Under the pieces are notes generated by a model. It was not told where the DNA came from and ran no database searches. It saw only the letters and a program-made list of their open reading frames with translations. Both the position numbers and the translations under genes were made by a program. 64,000 nt of DNA from Amoebidium appalachense (taxonomy: Eukaryota > Protista > Ichthyosporea), in assembly GCA_963693365.1 (NCBI GenBank), contig CAVNZM010000004.1, positions 7,043,093-7,107,092 on the forward strand. The letters run 5' to 3'. Shown in pieces: positions 14,725 through 26,669 of this stretch. The first letter of the stretch is position 1. Each line of letters opens with the position of its first letter.

Positions 14725-16250
14725 CCTAAGGTGTGCTCGTATGTTCACCACAACCGTGTTTGCGCATGTCACAGTCTTATTTTTTTTGTGACACTTCGAA
14801 GTTCAGCAAAAAAGAACTAAAAAGTTTAGCCCCAGAGGTTTCCCTACATGTTTACCACATACAAATAGGTTTGTCTTCACAAATTCAAACCCCCCCCCCC
14901 TCCCCCCCCCCACCCTCACACACACACACACATACGTGCACACACAAAGCTCACCCACCCACCCAACTACACACCCACCCATACACACACACACACTTAT
15001 ACACACGTACGCCTCCGCCCCTCACAGCTTCCCCATTCGGTTACCACAGTTTGATATGGTTACAATGTGTCGGACTCTACAAATTGATGGGTATATATGC
15101 TGTCCAGAAAGGACTAGAAATTTTTTTCTTTACCATTTACTTGTGCATTCATGGTATCATGCATGTGTGTACATGTACACATGCAGGTGTAAATTGATTA
15201 TAACGGTTGCATGGCGTCTGCACGTGTACGAATTTCGATGCCTTGTAGAGTAATGGCCTGTTCTCTTACATAATACTGCTTGCAATTGTGTGGCATTCGA
15301 CCATGTTTCTAATAACATTCTATATTGCACAACAAACAAAATCATCATGACCGCAGAGTTCATATAGATAGGATTATCAGCTGCAGAAGGAAAACACCGA
15401 TTTCCGTGCAGCGAGTATCTTCTATAGCAAGACTTCCAGATCGGGAGGGGCAAAATCTAGCAAGAGAAAGCCGACCCTGTGGTCATGCATGCGGACAGGA
15501 TCCCGCCCCCGGGGGGAGGGGGGGGGGAGATCAGTTTTTTATTTTGGCTGCGGCAAGTTATTGGGGGAAGGGGGGGGGGGGGGGGGGGGAGGGAGGTTGT
15601 ACAGTGCGTGCAGTGCTTCTACATGCTCAAAAGAGAGCCCCCCCCCCCCCTCCCCCCCCCCCCCCCCCCCCCCCTTCCCGTGCGTGCGTATGTCCAACAC
15701 CTAAGGGTGTGCTCGTATGTTCACCACAATAGCGTTTGCGCACGTCACAGTCTATGTTTTTTATAAAAACAGACCAAAGATCAGCAAAAAAAAAGAACAA
15801 AAATTTTTAGCCCCAAAGATTTCCCTCCATTTAGTCCAAATACAAGTAGTTCACTTCACAAATTCAACGTGTGTTAACTTAATAAACGGTTACATGGTGT
15901 CAGCACATGTACGAATTTCGTAGGTGCAAGCACCGTCTATGCTTAGTCTGCGCGCCATAATTTTGCTTGCAATTGTGTCGCATATATGTCCGAACGGTTT
16001 CTAATAACATACTACACTCCACGTACAAAGAACAAGACAATTATCACCGCCAAGTCCAGATAGGAATATCAGCTGCAGCAGAAATATGCCGAGTTCCGTA
16101 CCATGACTCAGTATCTTCTATAGCAAGACTTACAGATCGTGAGGGGCAAATCTAGCAAGAGAAAGCCGACCACGTGGTCATGCATGCAGGCAGGATCCCG
16201 GGGGGAGGGGGGAGGGGGTGTGTACCGCTAGTGCGTGCATTGCTTCTACA

Positions 16251-16255
<5 letters not shown>
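14725..16255. repeat. Diverged tandem duplication of a ~0.6-0.9-kb non-coding block
   Basis: Shared anchors in the same order: cctaagg(g)tgtgctcgtatgttcaccacaa (~14725 and ~15700), gtacgaatttcg (~15226 and ~15909), agtatcttctatagcaagactt.cagatcg...aatctagcaagagaaagccgacc (~15413 and ~16110). Confidence 0.85.
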
Positions 16256-16284
<29 letters not shown>

Positions 16285-16508
16285 ACGTGGGTTTTTGCAG
16301 TCCCACAAGACAAGTGCTTTGCGTGGTTACTTTATTTGGACAACCGTTTAGCTTTCCATTGCGAATGAATCTTCACACATGCAGAATTACAACCAGGGCA
16401 TTTATTTACATTCAGTTACCACCCTTGAAATCATTTACATGCATTGTGAGATAAGCGTAATACATTTGAACCCCCTCCCCCTCCTCCTCCCCCCACCTCC
16501 CCCCCCCT

Positions 16509-16540
<32 letters not shown>

Positions 16541-16612
16541 TCCCCCATTCCCCCCTCCCCAAGATCCCTGCTTTAATGGGTTTATCTGCCGTGCTTTCAC
16601 CACTCAGGTTCC

Positions 16613-16648
<36 letters not shown>

Positions 16649-17214
16649 GGGGGGGGGGGGGAGGGAGGAAGGATTCCCAGTGATGTAACCTAACTGCTAT
16701 GGGGGATGATTCATCGTTCGTTTATTTTCAAAATTTTAATAATACAATATAACATGCTGGCTTTTTTTTAAATTTTTTTTTTTTCTTCGACGTTCATTCG
16801 AAGCACTGCACACATCTCACTGCCGCCTCGACTTGTTTCATTTCACAGTCCCCTTGACCCCTCCCCTCCGTCCCAACCCTCTCTCCCCCCTCCCCCCCCC
16901 AAATCCCCTCCCCCTCTCCCGCCCCCCTCCCCTCTTCGCAACCACCCACCCACCCACACACACACACTCAATTCACCGCCGCAGGAGGCAGGGTGGGGAA
17001 GGGGGGGGGGGGGGTGGGGAGACGAGGGGATGGGAGGGTAGGGAAAGGGGAGAAAGAAGGGGGGGGGGGGGGGGGGGGGGAGGGGGAGAGGGGGGGGGGG
17101 GGGGGGGGGGGAGGGGGGGGGGAGGGGGGGGGGGGGGGGAGGGGGAGAGGGGGGAGAGGGGGAGGGAGAGGGGGGGGGGGGGGGGGGGGGGAAGAAAAAG
17201 CATGTGCTGTACAA

Positions 17215-17340
17215 TCACTTTCTCTTCTGTCTCACAACCCCAAACCCTTCAAATTCTGGCCCTTCTATGTTGCGTTCGTTGCGAAATTCACAGCGCTCGA
17301 TCGTGGATTTTGGGCTACCCACATGTTGGAGCCAGTGTTT

Positions 17341-17395
<55 letters not shown>

Positions 17396-17832
17396 GTGAT
17401 GTACGTGCGCGCGCACGTGCAAGTGAGTGAGTGGGTTTGTGACAGGGAGAGCACGAGTGAGAGAGAAAGTGTGTCCGTGTTTATACGTGTATGTGTGTGT
17501 TCGTGAGTCTGTGGTTGTGATTATGTGTGTGTAATAGCACGTGTTAAACCTGCGTGTGTGCTTGCGCGCAGGTGCGCACACACACACGCATGTCAGGTGC
17601 TTATAAGCGATAAGTGTATGTCTTTGTGTGTGTACGGGCTCTTCCACGTATATAGGGGTGTTAGGTCTGCCTGTGCCTGTATGTGTACGTGCGCACACAC
17701 ACGTTTGTGACCTGTGTGCAAGTATGCATGTGTGCATGTTTGCGTGTGTGTGTGTGACGTGAATGAGTGAGCAAGTAAGCCCGCCGGTTCGTGTGGGAGT
17801 GTCTTGGTGTGGGTATATCTGTGTTCAAAGCC

Positions 17833-17872
<40 letters not shown>

Positions 17873-17982
17873 GGGGAAGGGAGGGGGAGGGGGAGGGGTT
17901 ACAAACATTTTCTCGATTGCTTCTTTCGAACCCTGAATTGTTCCAATGACGGAGCCAGACGGATCATTCTTTACCCACCTGT

Positions 17983-18054
<72 letters not shown>

Positions 18055-18474
18055 TTCGTGAATGTGTGTGTGTGTGTCTGTCGGTCACGGTGGGTATGTG
18101 TGCATGCACGTATGAACGTGTGCGTGTATGTGTATGTTTGGGATGTAATAATGCGTTACACAGCACATAGTGTACAAGCACGCCGACAACATCGTGTCAG
18201 CCACACAGAGAGATAGGTGCGCAATAAAGAGCAGAGAGAGGGCATTCCTTCGAATATCAGTCATGTTAACCCCGAAACATAAAATTGCATTACTCCCAGC
18301 CTTCCATGGAAGAGCATAGGGCAGGTGTGTGGTGTGTGACCGAACCCTATGTGTGTGTGTTTGTGTGTCACCGCCGGGGGGGGGGGGGGGGGGGGGGGGG
18401 GGAGGGGGATGGGGGGGGGAGGGGGGGAGGGGAGGGGGAGGTTGTAGAATGGATTGTAACATTTGTGTCTGAGG

Positions 18475-18552
<78 letters not shown>

Positions 18553-18593
18553 GCGTCTGTCTGTCTGTGTGCTTGTGTGTGGGTGCGCGCACA

Positions 18594-18633
<40 letters not shown>

Positions 18634-19798
18634 TGTTTTTGGGGAAGCGCCGGGGGAAGGGGGGGGGGGGGGGGGAAGATATACCCAAAGAGGCAGAGCT
18701 CCTGTGCTTGCAATACCGTGTATTTGCGGAAGAAAACACCTAAAAATGGAAAGTAGGGGTTAGCCAAATATGGCAGTTGCCGGAATAGGCACGGGAAGGT
18801 GCATCGGGGGAAGGGATATGGTGCAAGCAGAACGAAGCAGGGGATAAGGTTGGAGGAAAGGTGTGTTTGTATGTGGGTTTATTTCAAATTAGATATAATG
18901 TGTTTACTTACTCTATTTGAAAGTTATTTGATCATTCAGTTTTCCTTCTTTGGCTGCAAGGGGGAGGGGAGGGGGGGGGGGGGGAGGGGGGCGGAGGCGG
19001 GACAGAAGGAGGGAAGGGGGGGTGGTGGTGGTGGTGTGGGGGGGGGGGGGGGGAGGGGGGGCTGTGTGGGGACGGAGGGATGATACGGATGGGTGGGTTA
19101 TGGTTACGGGCATATCATATAGTTTTACCCCCTGGGAATCACCCCAGGAGAGGGGGGCGGGAGAGGGAGGGGAGGGAGGGAGGATTGAACTAGAAAACAG
19201 ACTCTGTATGAGCCTGCCGAGCTAAATACTCACACTCTAGCATGCAAAGAACCGGAGAAAGAAAAGGAAACCACCAAGAGGGACTGATACGACACAGTGG
19301 AAGCGAGCTGAGAGTTTTAGAGCCAGAAATGGAAGGGAGATGGATTTATGGTAAGTGCTAGCGGGTAGGTGGGGACGGGTCGAAGCTAGGGTGGAGGGGA
19401 ACCCGAGAGGGGCAGACAGGAAATGGGAGAAAATGAGAGGTAGTGAATTACCATGTTTGTGATGAAAAGGAGGGACAGTGGGGAAAATGAGTAAAAGGGC
19501 GCAAAAGGGGGGAGGGGGAGGGCAGGAAGAGGAGGGGCGAACGGAAGGAGAGGAGGGGAGAGGGGAGGGGGGAAGGAGGGAAGGGGAACACGGGCCGGGG
19601 AGGGGGGGAAACGGGGAAGGGGGCGTTGGGGGGGGGCAGAAGGAGACGGGGGCAAAGAGGTGGGTGGGTGTGTGTGTGTGTGTGTGGAGGGGGGGGGAGG
19701 GGGGGAGGGGGGGGGGGAGGGGGGGGAGGGGGGGAGGGGGGAGTACCTTGGACTTTTCCAAACACCTCAAAGTCGACAGATACGAGGGCTGTTCCCAT
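17215..19798 (-). CDS. ACYP: Acylphosphatase, 4 exons
   Basis: Exons 19798-19747, 18739-18685, 17978-17907 and 17341-17215 give MGTALVSVDFEVFGKVQGVFFRKYTVLQAQELCLFGWVKNDPSGSVIGTIQGSKEAIEKMKHWLQHVGSPKSTIERCEFRNERNIEGPEFEGFGVVRQKRK*. It has the signature VFGKVQGVFFR (catalytic Arg), GWVKN (catalytic Asn) and GSP. Confidence 0.96.
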
Positions 19799-20995
19799 TA
19801 TGACTGTTCGTAACCGCCCCACAGTACAGGCTGTGTGTTGAACTGTGAGAGATGAACATGTGACTGGGGATGCACGACTCTAAGGAGGATGGGTCAGTGC
19901 TATACGCGAATCTCTATTTCTGTTCAAGTTTACTTGACGCCAAAGTTCTCAGAAGTTCGGGGTCCAAATAAAGACACACCTGAAACTGTGTCTTCGAACG
20001 GTTAATATTGTAGAGATGTGCAAAGATAATCAATGTGGACTCTCTCTCCAGTGTCCGATCTCACATAAAAGCTATTATGTGCCTAGGAACACCGGACTTC
20101 AACGTGTGCAAGATGGTTGCCTAACTGAGACAGGACTTCTCTCTCTCTTTCGCTCTCTCCCTCCCTCTCCCTCTCCCTCTCCCTCGCCCTCTCCCTCTCC
20201 CTCCCTCCCTCCCCCCCTCCCCCCAGTGCACCCCCGTAAGGGTTCCCTCTCCCTCTCCACCAGCCACTATCTCCCCCTCCCTCCCACCTCTGAGACTCCC
20301 TCCCTCCCCCCCCCCCCTCCCCCCCTGCCTCCCTCACCGTCTCCTTCACCCCTCCCTCCGGACCCTCCCCGTCTTCCACCCGGCCTCCCTCCCTCCCTCC
20401 GTCCTACCCTCCCTCTTTTCCTCTCCGGACCCTCACACACCCTCTATCACCCTCCTCCTCTCGGCCCCCTTCGCTCTCCCCATCCCTCCCTCCCTCCCTT
20501 GCTCCCTCACTCTCCCCCCGCCCCTCCCTCCCTCCCTCCCTCTGAGACCTGGCCTGAGGCCTCCCTCCCTCCCTCCCTCTCCCCTCCCCCCCCCCCCTCC
20601 CCCCCCTCCCCCCCCCCCTTCACCCCATCTCCCCCCTACCCCCTCTGACGAAGCGCGGCTCTCTACATACACACACACACTTGTGCACTGACACTGTGAC
20701 ACATGCAGTACAACCTTGAACAAGAGTTTGTGTGTGCGGTGCGTTTGACGGTGCTTGCCACGCGGAAGGGGGGGGGGGGGGGGGGAAGGGGGGGGAGGGG
20801 GGGGGGGAGGGGGGAGGGGGGGGGGGATGGTTTAACAGTCTAGTTTGAGCATGATCATCGGACCCCTCGATGTACCTTACCTTCAGTCTGAGAGGCTGCG
20901 CCTTTTCGAGGTCATCTCCGGCTCAAAAGGCATGCCCTCCGTCTTTCCAATGCTGTATGCATATGTGATTTCTAGAGTGACCCCGGGCCCGAACC

Positions 20996-21181
20996 CTGGC
21001 ACGTACTGATGGTGCCTGGGCTCAGCCTGCTATGAACTTGCCGTTCGCCTCACACCCTCTATTTTTCCTTACACTCTCGCGACCGCGTGCATGCTTTCTC
21101 TCGCGGCGGCTCTACGGTCCCGAGAGTCCAGTGTTCGCTGTGTGTGTAAGGAAAAGTACGAGTCACCTCAGTAGGTGACAG
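20996..21181. mobile_element. MITE-like element, subfamily A copy 1 (186 bp) with 9-bp TSD
   Basis: Ends CTGGCACGTACTGA ... TCAGTAGGTGACAG (imperfect 14-bp TIR, 12/14). Direct repeat gcccgaacc at 20987-20995 and 21182-21190. Internal inverted repeat tttttccttacac/gtgtaaggaaaa. Confidence 0.88.
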
Positions 21182-21210
21182 GCCCGAACCGAGGCTTTCA
21201 GGTTCTTTCG

Positions 21211-21383
21211 CTGGCACGTACTGACGGTGCCTGGGCTGCTTTGAACTTGCCGTTCGCCTCACACCCATCCTTACACTCTCGCGACCGCGTGCATGCTTTC
21301 TCTCGCGGCGGCTCTACGGTCCCGAGAGTCCAGTGTTCGCTGTGTGTGTAAGGAAAAATACGAGTCACCTCAGTAGGTGACAG
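21211..21383. mobile_element. MITE-like element, subfamily A copy 2, abutting the truncated 5' end of the transposase
   Basis: Near-identical to 20996-21181 with the same termini. No matching TSD, consistent with an adjacent deletion. Confidence 0.85.
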
Positions 21384-21384
21384 G

Positions 21385-22328
21385 AACGACCAATTCAATT
21401 CTGCCGCACGTGCCACAAACTGATTCAATGATTGTTACCTGCATACCCATGCTCTCATGGGAGTGCTGGGGATTGTTGCTTTTATTGGCCAATCAGCTAT
21501 AAACATGAATGATTTTAAAACCAAGACAGGAAAGGAAATAATATGGCATGATGGATGTCTTTTTACAATTTTTCGCCTCCGCCACGGCACATCCTTCCAA
21601 CTATTGAGTCGGCTGGTGGATGTGTCAGAACCGAATCTTTCGCGTATATTCCGCCATTTTCTTGGTGCACTGGCGTTAGCACAGGTTTTTCTATACGAAA
21701 AAGCCCCCACCAGAGAGCAACTTTCGAAGTTTAAAGCCGGTTGCTACACTGGGCAATGGGATGATGTACGGTGGATCATTGATTGCACCGAGGTGTTTGT
21801 ACAGGTGCCGACAAACCTCCTTCTGAAACGATGTTTCTACTCAGAGTACAAAAGCAATTATACTCTCAAGTACTTCGGGGGCATCACAACGGATATGAAA
21901 CTCAGACCGGTGTCCGATGCACATGTGGGGGGGTTCAAAGACCCGGATCTCACAGGTGTATGCAAGCGTGAATTTGTAGATCAGATAGAAGAGGGGGATG
22001 AAATAGCAGCTGATAAAGGGTTTAGAGTGCACGGGCTAATCATGGAGAAGGGTGCTTCCTTGCTATTACCGTCGTTTGTTGAGCATGGGCAGCTAAACGC
22101 TGAAGACACCATATATAGCCAATTTGAAAGACTGTCTAGTGTGCGCGTGCATGTGGAGAGGGCTTTTGGGCGCATGAAAAATTATCGGCTGTTTAGCAAT
22201 CAGGTGCAGATGTCGATGGTAGGCACCCAATTTGGATGGTAGCTAAGGCTGTGGCTTTCTTGTGTAACATGCAAGAGCCACTATATAAGGATATGGTGGG
22301 GCCCGGGCACACCAAAAGCATGGTGTAG
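21385..22328 (+). pseudogene. Decayed ISL2EU/PIF-Harbinger (IS5-like, DDE_Tnp_4-type) transposase
   Basis: Intronless ORF 21457-22242 with HTH segment FRLRHGTSFQLLSRLVDVSEPNLSRIF and motifs IIDCTE, YSEYKSNYTLK, AADKGF and RVHVERAFGRMKNY. The C-terminal motif VAKAVAFLCNMQEPL continues in another frame after a frameshift at ~22230 (stop 22328). In-frame TGA at 21421-21423. 5' end cut by a MITE. Confidence 0.88.
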
Positions 22329-22371
22329 AATTTTCGTTTTCGATTGCCTCTCCCTAAAGCCCCCTTCTCTG

Positions 22372-22454
<83 letters not shown>

Positions 22455-22732
22455 GGGGGGGAGGGCAAAAATATGAATGAATGCTTGCATGTATGTATTC
22501 GGCCAGTAGGGCTCCACTTTTCCTGTATAGGAAAATAATAATAATAATTGAAATTATTATGTATTTGTGTGCCAAGTACAACCTTGAGTCGTTCTCCCCC
22601 CCCCCCCCCCCCCCCCCTTCTCACACACACACAACCACGCACACACGGAAGCACGCACGCACGCACGCACGCATTTGCACACACGCACGCATGCACCCCC
22701 CCCCCCCCACACATACACACACACGTGTGTGT

Positions 22733-22763
<31 letters not shown>

Positions 22764-22957
22764 GTAGGCACGTATGCAAACACCAAGGGGGGAGGAGGGA
22801 CCGGGGGGAGGGGTGGGGGGTGGGGGGGGGGGGGGGGGGGGGGTAGGAAACATATGCAGGCACCAGGGTCTGGTACATTGCTCTCAGATTTGACACACGG
22901 TCTTCATTCATTCATTATAGGTTCACTAGATCGGTCAGAAGATTACTAACCCCCCCC

Positions 22958-22988
<31 letters not shown>

Positions 22989-23695
22989 ATTATGTTGTAC
23001 TTTGTGCTTCTGGTAAAAACATCGGCGGGGGTTACAATCACTCCGTACAGTTTGGGAATGCGCACCGCATTAGCGGTCCCAGGGATGACCGCCGCATCCG
23101 CAATGCGCAGTTTGTATACAACCCGCGGGATGTTATACAGAAGAAGGTCGGCATCCTCAGTGACAACAGTGTGTGCCAAACCGGTACGTGCCATATAGGC
23201 AAGCTGGGGGTCTGCTTCGTATGGAGCTACTGTGTAATCGACATTCTCATCTTTCAGTCTAAGGATGATTGCATGTAAAACTCTGTTATCTAACTCTGCA
23301 GCGCTTCTCCATTTGTGTTTAGTTACCTCCTCCTGTTTCTCTCTTTTTGTGGCTATTTCTTGGCGGGCTTTGACCACCTTTTCTGCACGGTCGTTATCAA
23401 CTAGTTTTCCCTCTTTCAATCTGCGCCCATCAAACACATAGTGTGGCTGGACCCCTGCTAGCCTATACGTATTAACTTTGGACATAAAGTGATTTGCAAT
23501 AGCTGCATATGTGTCGTCTGTGACTTTTTTGTCATCTATTTGCTGTTTGGCTACTGTGTCAGCGAAAACTGAAAAGGACTTGTGGACCTGCACCATCCCG
23601 TCAAAAGCAACTACCCCACGTTGCAACTCTGCAGTAACATCTGTGGCTTTTTCGGCACTAATGCCGAGTGCTGGGAGCAAGCCCTACACACCCAG
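22989..23695 (-). pseudogene. Decayed Exo1-like (XPG/FEN1 PIN-fold) 5'-3' nuclease, N and I regions
   Basis: (L)GV*GLLPALG..VVAFDG..HK..GVQPHYVFDG..VAPYEADPQLAYM..TVVTEDADLLLY matches Exo1/XPG N and I motifs. The start reads ACC-CTG-G (ATG lost) and codon 4 is TAG (23686-23684) where MG(I/V)QGLL has Gln. No GCDY (H3TH) motif is visible downstream. Confidence 0.85.
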
Positions 23696-24484
23696 GGTAG
23701 AAGTGCATGTATTCAAAGTAGTTTCTTTTCATGAAAAAAATTCTTTCGGGTTGTGCGCCCTCTGCGTTAACGTGCGAACACAAAACTCATTGTACGGCGT
23801 GGGTGCGTAGCAACGCGTTACGTAATCAGGGGGAAAAAAGGCGGCGCCAGAAAGAAATCGGGGACCACTCAAAATCGCCGATCCCGTATCCCATGTCCGA
23901 CGCTGAGGCTGAGTTCGGCATTCTCCACATTCCATTGCACCAACCAATAGCGAAAGCTCAAGAGGCACAATCCCGGTTTCAATGCGCCGGGCATCTCTAC
24001 ATACATATCTGTACAGCTATTTTTTTTTTATAGAAAAAATATACTACTCCACGGGTGAGCAATATTGATAACTCTAGGCCTGTGTGCTTGTTGAAGCTGC
24101 GTTTCCCCCCTTCTACGGTTCTTGCATTTTCAGTAAGTAATGTTCCAGTCGGATACGATATCGATGGCCGACGTAGGTGCGCGTGAGTGACACTAGTGTC
24201 GACCAGGGATGTGTCGCCTCAGCCGGATGGTTCACGGGCGGGTTTGTGGCTCTGTGGGAGGGGCCTGGGTTGGGTTGGGTTTGCCCCTGCCGCGGACGTC
24301 GACGGTTGGGTGTTGGTTCTTTCCTCTGTTGGCGCCGGGCCAACCCGCGGGTTTTATGATATGCTCCGACGGTCAACAGATCTATCACGTGCACTAGTAC
24401 TACTATTGCATGGCACTAGCCATTAGCTGTGAGTCACGCCGTGTTGCTGCTATTCATGTGTATAATGACGATTGCATGCAGACT

Positions 24485-24594
<110 letters not shown>

Positions 24595-24869
24595 GTTATA
24601 GATAGGCCCTGTTGACTGTTGCTGTGGAAGCGCGAATCAATGATTCGCGTCGCCGGGCCTGGTCGCAACAATATCAGCAAAGTACTATCGAAACCTCGGA
24701 ATAAACGGTGCATCATAGATTGACTTCGTGCTAACTTTGCCCTTTCCGCCCTTCTTTATTTTTGCACCATAAGGCATCGACACACACAAACGTACAAACA
24801 CACACAAATACAATGTGCTGCAAACCGTGACATACGTACACTGTGACACACCGGACGTCGACACAGTGG

Positions 24870-25355
<486 letters not shown>

Positions 25356-25388
25356 AACGTGACCAGCCCTTCCCGAGCCGGCCCAGAG

Positions 25389-25808
25389 CTGCCACCTACT
25401 GAGATGGCTCCTTATTTTTCCTTACACATTCAGCGAACACCTCACACGTACTGACGGTGTGCACGCGCTGCGATGAACTTTACGTTCGGTTCGCTCCGAT
25501 TTTTCCTTACACTCTCGCGACCGCGTGCATGCTTTCTGTCGCGGCGCCTCGGCGGTTCGATAGAGTCCAGTGTTCGCTGAATGTGTAAGGAAAAATAAGG
25601 AGCCATCTCAGTAGGTGGCAGAGCGAACACTGGACTCTATCGAACCGTCGAGGCGCCGCGACAGAATTTAAAGCATGCACGCGGTCGCGAGAGTGTAAGG
25701 AAAAATCGGCGAACGTAAAGTTCATCGCAGCGCGTGCACACCGTCAGTACGTGTGAGCAGCGAACGTGAAGTTCATCGCAGCGCGTGCACACCGTCAGTA
25801 CGTGTGAG
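25389..25808. mobile_element. MITE subfamily B copy interrupted by an inverted copy of itself, plus a duplicated right end
   Basis: Starts CTGCCACCTACTGA after ggcccagag (25380-25388). Ends GTGTGAG at 25757, and again at 25808 after a ~50-bp duplicated end, followed by ggcccagag (25809-25817). Confidence 0.85.
25441..25621. mobile_element. Nested inverted MITE subfamily B copy (181 bp)
   Basis: CTCACACGTACTGA ... TCAGTAGGTGGCAG, flanked by the 9-bp direct repeat agcgaacac (25432-25440 and 25622-25630). Confidence 0.9.
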
Positions 25809-25817
25809 GGCCCAGAG

Positions 25818-26669
25818 CTGCCACCTACTGAGATGGCTCCTTATTTTTCCTTACACATTCAGCGAACACTGGACTCCATCGAACCGTCGAGGCGCCGCGA
25901 CAGAAAGCATGCACGCGGTCGCGAGAGTGTAAGGAAAAATCGGAGCCACCAACGATGACTGCATCATGCTGTCCGGCGATTGGCTGATGTTCAAAGCTGC
26001 CCATCTATTGGTCTCTGGTTAATATATGATAATACAGGGTTGACTCAGATGAGATCGCATAATCGCTGGTGCAGTTAAACCATAGCCCATTTAATCCTGA
26101 AAGGCCACAAAACGATGAAACGATCAAAAAGATGACACACAGTATACGTAAGGTTGACGGTGTTAGAAACAGGTTACAGACACAGGCACATAGTAAGCAG
26201 CTGCAACCGAGAGTTAATAATAGGCTGCGACCAACGGTTTGTGACGGTGTTAACAGACAGACATAAGACACACGGAGGAGTCCGGTACCGGTACTGAACG
26301 GTCGAGATGGCCGTACAGAGGTTTGAATTCGAGCGGGAATGAATGACGTTATGCATGAGGTTATCAATGCCTTGTCAGCGATTGCATCAAAATCATGCAA
26401 AGAAATCAAATTTGCTTCGCTTCGAGCCTTTTCACTGAATGGCTGTTTAATTTTTTTAAAAATTGCCTCAAGGTGGGGTCAAAACGCACGCGCTGGAATC
26501 GAAAGGCAAAACATCCTGGCACACGTATTTCCGAACTGATTGGTTGCATATCATGGTGGTTCGAGTCTAGCCGATTCGATTGGTTAGGTGACGATAAAAC
26601 CGTACGTGTGCCCGTCTGCAGCGAACGTAAAGTTCATCGCAGCGCGTGCACACCGTCAGTACGTGTGAG
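25818..26669. mobile_element. Longer (852 bp) non-autonomous element with subfamily B ends
   Basis: Same left ~125 bp and right ~50 bp as the short B copies, with ~670 bp of extra internal sequence. Flanked by ggcccagag at 25809-25817 and 26670-26678. Confidence 0.87.

Noticed and set aside
23684-23686. TAG read-through or alternative genetic code in the Exo1-like gene
   Set aside because: Host genes here end in TAA, TGA and TAG, the ATG is also lost, and the neighbouring transposase is damaged, so simple decay explains it.
22989-23695. Functional host EXO1 gene
   Set aside because: It has a lost start, an early stop, no H3TH/GCDY motif or C-terminal region, and sits in a transposon island.
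25389-25945. Hammerhead ribozyme/retrozyme in the ~180-bp repeats
   Set aside because: There is no CUGANGA core (CTGAGATGG/CTGAGGTGA instead); 9-bp TSDs and TIR-like ends fit a DNA transposon better.
25945-26620. Transposase remnant inside the 852-bp element
   Set aside because: The short ORFs show no recognisable transposase motifs.
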